Below, in pieces: positions 26,432 to 34,168 of a stretch of DNA of 64,000 nt. Made by a program: the position numbers and the translations under genes. This DNA comes from Ancylobacter sp. (GTDB lineage Bacteria > Pseudomonadota > Alphaproteobacteria > Rhizobiales > Xanthobacteraceae), in contig NZ_OZ257132.1 of NCBI RefSeq assembly GCF_965279025.1, positions 1,993,318 through 2,057,317 of the forward strand. Direction: 5' to 3'. Numbering within the stretch: position 1 is the stretch's first letter; each line of letters starts with the position of its first letter. The notes under the pieces were generated by a model. That model made no database searches and had not been told where the DNA came from. It worked only from the letters and a program-made list of their open reading frames with translations.

Positions 26432-27532
26432 ATGACCCACTGGATCCGTTGGCGATGTCCGCTGTCGGAAACTTCGCCGCGTTTCTGGCTGATGAGGCTG
26501 CTGAGTTTGTGGTCCCCACTCAAGCGAGGCGAGACCTACCCACTACGACTGCAATATGCGACTAACGTACGATCTCGAACGTTGGTGGCGACGACAGTGA
26601 AGCTCATTTGCAATTTGAGACGGAAGTTCGACGCATTCATCGGAGTCGAAGACGGCAGGCAAAGCACGCCAGGCCTTTTCTATCTATTTTTGTTCGCCGC
26701 CGGACTTACCATCATTGTGTTCGCTGTAGCCATATTAGGGCGTGGCAGCGCCCAGGAGATGGGTCCGTTCGGCGACTTCATAGGCGGCACCCTCAATCCG
26801 CTCCTGACGTTCCTTACCTTCATGGGGCTACTGGTCACCATCGTGCTACAGCAGACGGAACTGCGGGATACGCGGGCCGAGCTGGAACGTTCTGCAACCG
26901 CCTTAGAGAAGCAGATCCATGCCACCGACCGACAAAACTTCGAATCCACGTTCTTCCAGATGCTTACGCTGCACAATACCATCGTGAACTCGATCGACCT
27001 TTTCTACAGTGGTCGGAAGCGCGCACCAGGGATTAGCACTCCCAAGGGGGCGCGAGATACGAAAGGCCGCGACTGTTTCAGCCAATTTTTTGAGAACTTC
27101 AAAGAAGAATACGTCAAAACAGCAGGCCATCCGGATCGCGAACGTCTCCAATTGGCTTACGATGCATTCTGGCAGCGCCGACAGCAGGATTTGGCGCACT
27201 ACTATCGATACTTATACAATGTTCTACGGTTTGTACATGAAGCGAAAGGGATCGAGGACCGCGGACCATACGTTAAGCTATTGCGAGCGCAGCTCTCCGA
27301 CTTCGAACTTATTATGCTATTCTATACGGCGCTAAACAAACATGGAATAAATTACTGGAGTTATATCCATGAGTATCAGCTGTTTGACAATCTCCCTGTA
27401 GGAATGTTGATCGATCCGATTCACGAGACGTACTATTCTCCGCGGTCCTTCGGCGCGCCAAAGCGACGGCCGCCCGCTGAATGGCCACCCGCGAAGCTGG
27501 CTGAGCAATCCGACGCCCGTCAGGGCGGCTAA
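26432..27532 (+). CDS. AbiC-like putative abortive-infection membrane protein (two N-terminal TM helices plus a cytoplasmic helical domain)
   Basis: TM segments 'GLFYLFLFAAGLTIIVFAVAILG' and 'LNPLLTFLTFMGLLVTIVLQQ'. They are followed by 'FESTFFQMLTLHNTIVNSI', 'HYYRYLYNVLRFVHE' and 'LLRAQLSDFELIMLFYTALN', which match my recollection of the putAbiC family. The start is uncertain: in-frame TTG/GTG codons at 26582/26585/26597 may be the real start. Confidence 0.55.
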   Translation: MTHWIRWRCPLSETSPRFWLMRLLSLWSPLKRGETYPLRLQYATNVRSRTLVATTVKLICNLRRKFDAFIGVEDGRQSTPGLFYLFLFAAGLTIIVFAVAILGRGSAQEMGPFGDFIGGTLNPLLTFLTFMGLLVTIVLQQTELRDTRAELERSATALEKQIHATDRQNFESTFFQMLTLHNTIVNSIDLFYSGRKRAPGISTPKGARDTKGRDCFSQFFENFKEEYVKTAGHPDRERLQLAYDAFWQRRQQDLAHYYRYLYNVLRFVHEAKGIEDRGPYVKLLRAQLSDFELIMLFYTALNKHGINYWSYIHEYQLFDNLPVGMLIDPIHETYYSPRSFGAPKRRPPAEWPPAKLAEQSDARQGG

Positions 27533-27779
27533 GGTTTCCGGAGCTTCGCTAGCACAACCTAGCAAACCGACTGCTCTCCAAGCCAGCATGCATCAGCGCC
27601 AATCCGGGGGCATTGGCGGGGCGCAAGGACAAAAGGAGAGCTATGTGTGATGTCTGTCCGCGTCAGCCTCTATCGCTACTATGCTTTGGGCATGAGATCC
27701 ATGTCCACCTGAACACGAGCGATCTTGCGGCGCTGAAAGTTTGGAACCAGCGCCTTCCATTGTTCATAGCGTCGCCAAC

Positions 27780-29894
27780 TCACGCTTCGCGTGCCGTCCC
27801 GGCAAGGGTGAGGAGTGTTCCTTTCGGCTTTCGGTCGTAGGTAGAGCGACCTTCTAGCATCTGAACAAAAGCGTCATTTCGATTACTCGCCCTGTCAACA
27901 AGTCTATCAAATGCAATTACTTCTAGCATTAGGTTTAGTGCGGAGTAATATCTATAAGCCATCTGTCCGCCATAATTTGTAATAGTAAAGTCTTCCATCT
28001 CCAAGTACGCCTTGAGACTATCGTTCCAATCCGCCAAAACATATCCGCGAACCATCATGTCCTGAGGAATAATTATCTCTCTTCCTCCAGAGGTATTAAT
28101 TTTCCCCTTTTTCCGGATGTCCAAGATCTGTTTTTTCAGCTGGTCAACAGGATCATTCGTTAGGCTATCGCTATCGGCCGCGTACCCCTTCTTCTGCGGG
28201 CGCTTCATCTCAACGACCATCAGTTCGTTCTGATTGTTTATAAGGAGGTCATGCGCATACTGGCCCCTAGCCCGATAGCTGCCATCCGGCGTGCGATCGC
28301 TCGAAATGTATTGTGCGTAAGCGAGATCGTCATCGAGAATCCAGAGGTTGTGAGAGCTATAATCGACCTCTTCACTGTCCTTGTAGCGAGGATAGATCAG
28401 CTCGTGAACCTTGTCCTCTGTTGCGAGCCCGTCCGCCTGCTTCTTTAATAACTCACGAAATATCTGAATTACGTGATTTCGGTAGGACACGTATACGGCC
28501 AATGCCTCTTTTGCATCTTCTGGAATTTTTGTCTTAACGATGTGAACCAATTGATCGACACTTACGGTATGATCAATTTTTGTAAAGTCGAATTTCTTTC
28601 GGAATCTCTCAACAAATAAATCCTGGGCCAACTGCTCCCGCGTCTCGGTGATCGAGCGCTTTTGCACAAAGTCGGCAGCAGACTTATCACCCAGCCCGCG
28701 ACGAAGAAGAGGATCAATTGCAATCAGGTGCTCAACCTCGGCGACCATCTTGGCTCGGCGCTCGGCCGTGTAAGCCTCCTCAATATCGAGGATATGCTGC
28801 TTTGCTATCGCAATAAGATGATCTTTGATGGATTTTCTCCTACCCGCATGATCTATCTTTCCATGTAGATTGGTAATTCTATCTCGAGACTGAGATGACA
28901 CGAAGAAATCGCTTGAGACGGCAACTAGATAATAATACCGCCGAACGGCACCGTCTATCTCTTCAGAAAACGGCTTGTCATTCAATCCAGATGAAATATT
29001 TTCAAGATCGCTTGCCGCGCGATTGTTTGCATAGAAATATAGTCTGTGCTTCTTGGCTTTATCTTCGCCAACTCTAAAATAATCAAATCTAAATTCACGT
29101 TCAACGTGTCCAATATCCAATTTATCAATCTTAGAGCCACCCGTTGAGAGAGATTTGTAAAAATAATCGTGAAGATTTAGCTTTTCGCTCTGAACGGTTA
29201 GGGAGAAGTGTTTTGGAATCTTCTTTTGAATAAATTCAATTAGAAAATGATCAAGGAGCGCCGTAGCAATAGTATCTAGAGCAGATCCATCAAAATACTG
29301 ATCGCCATCCAAATTAAAGAATACCCGTGAAGTCGACTGAGGTGACTTCATCAGCACAGTCAAGCCTGTTTCGAAACGATGCTTTCCAATCGTAGCGTCG
29401 GGGCTCACCTCGATGAGGTTGTCCTCAACTGCGAACGGCTCGTACCTGTAGGAATGGCCGGACGTGCCGCCTACCGCGTCAAACTGGCTTGAGGAGTAGT
29501 AAACTTCGTCAAATATCCTGAATGCGATGAATCTGCCGAACCCCTTGCCGCCACGTTCGTATTTGTTGCCGGTTAGAGGGGTAAGGAACGCTGTTAAATT
29601 TTTCTGATCGAACCCAACGCCGTTATCGATGATCTGGATCTCACAGCCTTCCGCATTCAACTCGATCTCAATGCGCCCGTTCGTCTCGACCTCGTCACCC
29701 CAACGTTCTTCGATGGAATGGATGGAGTTGGACACAGCCTCATAGAGAGGGAACAGAAACCCCTGAAGGCCATCCGGTAGGGTCGCCCGCTTCACCTCAG
29801 TTTCGAGGTCAATTATCCTGTGCTTCACATCTGACCTCGATACGCCGGCATGCTCACCGTTAATGGAATAGCGAACGTCACCACACCGCAGCAC
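27780..29894 (-). CDS. GHKL (Bergerat-fold, HATPase_c_3-like) ATPase fused to a C-terminal PD-(D/E)xK, Shedu/DUF4263-like nuclease domain
   Basis: N-terminal motifs 'LYEAVSNSIHSIEE', 'IQIIDNGVGF' and 'ERGGKGFGRFIAF'. C-terminal motifs 'VHELIYPR', 'HNLWILDDD' and 'AHDLLINNQNELMVVEMKRPQKK' (D-x13-ExK). About 40% GC. An alternative GTG start at 29828 follows GAGG. Confidence 0.6.
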   Translation of the reverse strand: MLRCGDVRYSINGEHAGVSRSDVKHRIIDLETEVKRATLPDGLQGFLFPLYEAVSNSIHSIEERWGDEVETNGRIEIELNAEGCEIQIIDNGVGFDQKNLTAFLTPLTGNKYERGGKGFGRFIAFRIFDEVYYSSSQFDAVGGTSGHSYRYEPFAVEDNLIEVSPDATIGKHRFETGLTVLMKSPQSTSRVFFNLDGDQYFDGSALDTIATALLDHFLIEFIQKKIPKHFSLTVQSEKLNLHDYFYKSLSTGGSKIDKLDIGHVEREFRFDYFRVGEDKAKKHRLYFYANNRAASDLENISSGLNDKPFSEEIDGAVRRYYYLVAVSSDFFVSSQSRDRITNLHGKIDHAGRRKSIKDHLIAIAKQHILDIEEAYTAERRAKMVAEVEHLIAIDPLLRRGLGDKSAADFVQKRSITETREQLAQDLFVERFRKKFDFTKIDHTVSVDQLVHIVKTKIPEDAKEALAVYVSYRNHVIQIFRELLKKQADGLATEDKVHELIYPRYKDSEEVDYSSHNLWILDDDLAYAQYISSDRTPDGSYRARGQYAHDLLINNQNELMVVEMKRPQKKGYAADSDSLTNDPVDQLKKQILDIRKKGKINTSGGREIIIPQDMMVRGYVLADWNDSLKAYLEMEDFTITNYGGQMAYRYYSALNLMLEVIAFDRLVDRASNRNDAFVQMLEGRSTYDRKPKGTLLTLAGTAREA

Positions 29895-30116
29895 CGCTCT
29901 GCACGTCTGTCCCTGTCACTAACATTTGCTATCAGGATGAAGCGTTGGAGGGAAGTTGGGAGCGCAGGCACCTAGCCAGCCCGGTGCCATTTAGCGGCGA
30001 CGCATCTCCGGCGGGCCGAGGTCGCTGTTCGACCGCTCTCCCCGGGTGATTTCGACCGCATCGTCGCGCGCGGCCTCGATGACCGCGCGCCACTGCTTCC
30101 GCGCACGGATACGGCT

Positions 30117-30578
30117 GTGCCTCAGAACGGATTCAGCGAAGAACAGGCTCCCTTTGTGTTTGAGGAGAGTCGGGAACGCGTCAGCTATCTTTCGTCGCGG
30201 ATCGTGCGGGATCGCGTCTTCCGACGCATCGTTCTACGCGCCTATGATGAGCGCTGCGCCATCAGCGGCTTGAAACTCATCAATGGCGGCGGGCGGGCCG
30301 AGGTCGCGGCTGCGCATATTCAGCCGGTTCAGGCGAACGGTCCGGATATCGTCAGCAATGGATTGGCTTTGTCAGGTACGGCGCACTGGATGTTCGACCG
30401 GGGGCTGATCAGTCTGACGGACGATCTCGACGTGCTGATCTCCCGGCACGCCAACGATCCCGATGGCGTGCGCGCCTTCATCAATCGGAGAGGACGCGCA
30501 ATTGCCCCGCAACGGGCGTTCGAGCGTCCGCATCCGCACTTCCTGCGTTGGCATCGGGAGCACTGCTTCAAGCAGTGA
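30117..30578 (+). CDS. HNH endonuclease (HNH_2-type), probably 5'-truncated
   Basis: 'FRRIVLRAYDERCAISGLKL...AAHIQPV...NGLALSGTAHWMFDRGLISL'. The frame is open upstream to 29976 with no ATG. The composition break lies just upstream. Confidence 0.6.
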   Translation: MPQNGFSEEQAPFVFEESRERVSYLSSRIVRDRVFRRIVLRAYDERCAISGLKLINGGGRAEVAAAHIQPVQANGPDIVSNGLALSGTAHWMFDRGLISLTDDLDVLISRHANDPDGVRAFINRRGRAIAPQRAFERPHPHFLRWHREHCFKQ

Positions 30579-31233
30579 GGCCGACTCCATCGTGACGCTG
30601 CAACTGCAGCAAGCCCCCGACATCCCTGCGGATGCGCCGCAGCTCTGGCCACGGGAAATGCCGCCCCTCGGCGCCATCCGCGCCGACGGCAAGCAGCACG
30701 TCGAGCTTCGTGGAGAGGCCGCGCAGAGACGTGGCTTCCGCTGCAAGAACTCCCTTCATCAGGCGCTCTTCTTCGTCGGAAGCCGCCTCCTCTTGCTGTC
30801 GAGCGACGGAGTAGCCGATGGCGCGATCCGCGTCGTCCCAGCGTTGTTGATGTTTGCGCAGCGCGGCCGCAACTTCATCGCGCCGAGTGCTCAGCGACGG
30901 CACATCGGCCGCAAGCTCATCGAACTGTCGCAGTGAGCTGATGCGAATCGCAGACGGCAGCTCGGCTGCAACAAGGACCGCCTGCGGAAATCCGATCGTC
31001 CGCGCGAGTTCGGACTCCAAACGCTGCTGTTTCCGACACAGGGCGAGCGTGCGCCGATGAGCGGCGCTCCACGCTTCCCACGCGAGAACGGCCGCATCAG
31101 TTGCGCCACCATCTAGCGGCGCGGATGCAGTCGAACGGTTGAAAGAGGTTCCACCGACCGTCAGCAGGGCGGCAGACAGAACGTCCCTCCGGGATGGCCG
31201 GGACAGACTCGTGGTAATCTCAGAATCAGCCAT
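30568..31233 (-). CDS. hypothetical protein with a Tat-like leader
   Basis: 'MADSEITTSLSRPSRRDVLSAALLTVGG' followed by a helical Ala/Arg/Glu-rich body. I recognise no family. Confidence 0.4.
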   Translation of the reverse strand: MADSEITTSLSRPSRRDVLSAALLTVGGTSFNRSTASAPLDGGATDAAVLAWEAWSAAHRRTLALCRKQQRLESELARTIGFPQAVLVAAELPSAIRISSLRQFDELAADVPSLSTRRDEVAAALRKHQQRWDDADRAIGYSVARQQEEAASDEEERLMKGVLAAEATSLRGLSTKLDVLLAVGADGAEGRHFPWPELRRIRRDVGGLLQLQRHDGVGLTA

Positions 31234-31365
31234 GATCCGAGCTCCAATCAGCTTGGTTGTGGTCAGGCCGGGATGGGTGTTCGCGCACTCACCCCGGCCG
31301 CTATACGTGCAATGCACGTGCATGACTCTGCCTCGAACTACGCCGGATCGCAAGCAATAAGGCCG

Positions 31366-31554
31366 ATGACGAAACAGCCCTTCACTACCCGCATTGATGC
31401 TGACGTACTCGCGCTGGCGCGCCAGCTCGCTGACGCCGAGCGGCGATCGATTACGGCTTTGATTGAAGTTGCCTTGCTCGAATATGCCGAGCGTCGCGGC
31501 ATCTCAGTCGCCGAAACATCGCAAGAGGTCGCCCAGCCTAAGCGCGGCAAATGA
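31366..31554 (+). CDS. ribbon-helix-helix (CopG/Arc-like) DNA-binding protein
   Basis: 62 aa. 'FTTRIDADVLALARQLADAERRSITALIEVALLEYAERRG' shows the RHH strand-helix-helix pattern. Confidence 0.55.
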   Translation: MTKQPFTTRIDADVLALARQLADAERRSITALIEVALLEYAERRGISVAETSQEVAQPKRGK

Positions 31555-32208
31555 TACCGAGATCGGCGACTTCCACGATCAACCGATAGCACGTCCAGCT
31601 TCCGTTCATTGCTGCTCATGCGCACAAAAACTGCGACCTCTGTGCAGATCGGCGGCAGTTTCTCTGCAAGTTTTCTGCACGGCGATGCACATCCATTGAC
31701 ATCACCAGTGCAGACTCGACGCCGGTTGGGCTGCCGCTTGGACGGCTTTTGCCCGCGAATCCGCCGCTTCGCCGATCTCGCGTCCGACAGCGCTCGTGGT
31801 AGCCTCGGTGCCCGCAGCGTGTCAGCGGCTCCCGCTGGCCAAAACGTGGCCTTCTCGGTCAGAACTTGGTAGTATATTCGGCCGGTATTTTCTGAATTAG
31901 CTGGCAGGCAGTGAAGAAGAAGAAATTGAGCGCAAGATAAAGCGATCTGTCGATCGCAATGTCTGGCGACATTGTCCGGTTGTCTGCACATTGGTTTTGG
32001 CAGATTGAGGCACCGTGCGGAGCCCAAATCTTAGGGTGCTGAGGGATGGGTCGGCTGACGTAACGTCCTGATCTGGCTTGGAGTTGTTGGCCGAGACCGC
32101 AATGTGCGCTCCGCCCTTTGCACGCTGAGACAAGTCTTTGAGCGCCAATCTGCGACCCCGCCGTTTCTACGCTTGATACTCTGGGGCGACGCCGTTCATC
32201 GTGCCTGC

Positions 32209-32876
32209 ATGTCACAGGAAGACAGGGACACGTTCCGAGTACGCCCAGGCCGGATCCGTCAGCGCGGCACGCGACAGAGCAGCCTTGCGGCGCTGCCGTT
32301 CCGGCGCCAAGTTGAGATCGCGGTGCGCGAGGCCGGCGGCTGGTCGGGCCGGAAGGAAAGCGGGCGCTACAACGCCCGCGGCCGCGGTGTCCGGGCGGTA
32401 AGCGCGCTGTCCGGTGTTGACCGCGGCTGGAAGGTCGATGCGGGTGGGCGGTTCCGTTCTCGCCGCGTGGTGGTGAAGGCGCGAGTGGTGAAGCTCGGCG
32501 TCGTGCGGGGCCGCGGAGGTCGCAAGACGGTCGGTGCTTCCGCCAAGGCGGTCGATGCACATCTGCGCTATCTCCAGCGCGACGGTGTGACGCCCGACCG
32601 GCAGAAGGGACGCTGCTATTCGGCATTCGAGGATGAGGCCGATGGCAAGGTCTTCCTGGAGCGCGGTCGCGAGGACCGTCACCAGTTCCGCTTCATTGTC
32701 GCACCAGAAGATGGATTGCAGCTCGGCGACCTCAAAGGCTTCACCCGCGAGCTGATGGGGCAGATGGAAAGCGATCTCGGAACCAAGCTCGACTGGATTG
32801 CCGTCGATCATCACAACACCGGCCATACCCACACCCACGTGCTGGTGCGAGGCGTCACCGATGAGGGACGTACCCT
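32209..32876 (+). pseudogene. conjugative relaxase (VirD2/MobA-type, DUF3363-family N-terminus), 3'-truncated by IS insertion
   Basis: 'FRVRPGRIRQRG...HLRYLQRDGV...HQFRFIVAPED...WIAVDHHNTGHTHTHVLVRG' (histidine triad). The reading frame runs straight into the IS terminal repeat at 32877. Confidence 0.7.
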
Positions 32877-32935
32877 TGACCTGAGACCCATTTCTCCTCC
32901 GGCTTAAGAGAGAGTCCGAGGGTTGATTTGTGGCC

Positions 32936-33775
32936 TCATGCGGCCTCGGTTTCCAGTGCGATTGTTGCCGCGAACTCGGCAGGGGATCGATTGCCGAGAG
33001 CTGAATGGGGACGGTTCACATTGTAGTCCTCCTTCCATGAGGCGATAGCGGCGCGAGCCTGGGGCAGGTGCGAGAACAGTGTCTCGTTCAAACATTCGTC
33101 CCGGAAGCGGCCGTTGAAGCTCTCGACGAAGCCGTTCTGCGTGGGCTTGCCGGGCGCGATGTAATGCCATTCGACGCCGGTCTGCTGGCACCATTTGAGC
33201 ACCGCCATCGAGGTTAGTTCAGTGCCATTGTCCGACACGATGGTTGAAGGCTTGCCCCGAACAGCCATGATCTCGTCCAGCTCGCGCGTCACTCGAAGGC
33301 CGGAGAGCGAGGTGTCGACGACCAGTGCCAGGCACTCCCGGCTGAAGTCGTCGACAACGGCCAGCACCCGGAAGCGGCGGCCGTCCGTGAAGGCGTCCGA
33401 CACGAAATCGAGACTCCAGCGAAGGTTGACCCGATCCGGCACCAGCATAGGCCGTCTTGTGCCAAGCGCCCGTTTGCGACCACCTCGCCGACGCACCTGG
33501 AGCTTTTCCTCTCGATACAGCCGGCGCAGCTTCTTCTGGTTCATCACGATGCCCTGACGCCGCAGCATGACGTGGATCCGTCGGTAGCCGAAGCGGCGGC
33601 GCTCGCCGGCCACGGCTTTCATGGCGTCGCGCAGGGCCGCATCGTCAGGACGGACGCTTCGATAGCGCATACTGGTGCGATCGAAGCTCAATGCCTTGCA
33701 CGCCCGACGCTGGCTCACCCCGTGCTCGGCACAGGCATGGGCCACGGCTTTACGCCTCACATCGAGCGTCACCAT
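32936..33775 (-). CDS. IS3-family transposase OrfB (DDE integrase core)
   Basis: '[13 protein letters not shown]', 'WSLDFVSD', '[11 protein letters not shown]', '[28 protein letters not shown]'. Confidence 0.9.
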   Translation of the reverse strand: MVTLDVRRKAVAHACAEHGVSQRRACKALSFDRTSMRYRSVRPDDAALRDAMKAVAGERRRFGYRRIHVMLRRQGIVMNQKKLRRLYREEKLQVRRRGGRKRALGTRRPMLVPDRVNLRWSLDFVSDAFTDGRRFRVLAVVDDFSRECLALVVDTSLSGLRVTRELDEIMAVRGKPSTIVSDNGTELTSMAVLKWCQQTGVEWHYIAPGKPTQNGFVESFNGRFRDECLNETLFSHLPQARAAIASWKEDYNVNRPHSALGNRSPAEFAATIALETEAA

Positions 33776-34035
33776 TTTTTTGAGGCGACATCCTTCAGGA
33801 TAGCGTTGTCCAGCATCTGCTCGGCGAGCAGCTTCTTCAGGCGGGCGTTCTCATCCTCAAGCGCCTTCAGCCGGCGGGCATCCGACACGTCCATGCCGCC
33901 ATACTTTGCCTTGAACTTGTAGAAGGTCGCCGAGGAGATGCCGTGCTTGCGGCACACGTCAGCGGTCTTCGCCCCCGCCTCCTGCTCCTTCAGCATGCCG
34001 ATGATCTGCTCTTCCGTGAACCGTGAGGCTCGCAT
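33769..34035 (-). CDS. IS3-family transposase OrfA (HTH)
   Basis: '[70 protein letters not shown]'. A GGAG Shine-Dalgarno sequence precedes ATG 34035. Confidence 0.9.
   Translation of the reverse strand: MRASRFTEEQIIGMLKEQEAGAKTADVCRKHGISSATFYKFKAKYGGMDVSDARRLKALEDENARLKKLLAEQMLDNAILKDVASKKW
33775..33781 (-). other. programmed -1 frameshift slippery heptamer (A AAA AAA) at the orfA/orfB overlap
   Basis: A run of 7 T on the plus strand sits exactly where the orfA stop and orfB start overlap. This is the canonical IS3-family arrangement. Confidence 0.6.
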
Positions 34036-34168
34036 CGTCCGTCTCCGTGATCGACGGACTCTACTCAAATCTGGAGGAGGATCGGGGTCTCAGGTCAGCG
34101 ACGGAAAGGCAGAATTTGCTAAGCCGGCCAATCTGTTCCCGTACGAGCTTAACCGCTATTGCAAATTC

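Larger units (their letters stand above)
32877..34097 (-). mobile_element. IS3-family (IS407-group-like) insertion sequence, 1221 bp
   Basis: Terminal inverted repeats TGACCTGAGACCC... at 32877 and ...GGGTCTCAGGTCA ending at 34097. It carries orfA/orfB with an A7 slippery run. The flanking 4-mers differ (CCCT vs GCGA), so there is no target-site duplication. Confidence 0.9.

Noticed and set aside
31338-32626. Minus-strand ORFs of 229 aa and 255 aa between the RHH gene and the relaxase.
   Set aside because: They are Arg/Pro/Ser/Cys-rich with no motifs. One is antisense to the relaxase N-terminus, and the rest falls in what is more plausibly non-coding oriT or promoter DNA.
33938-34168. The track start of the RHS ORF lies inside the IS element.
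   Set aside because: The first 53 codons are antisense to IS orfA and belong to the IS right end, so they are not native RHS sequence. I kept this only as a possible fortuitous fusion start, noted in the IS finding.
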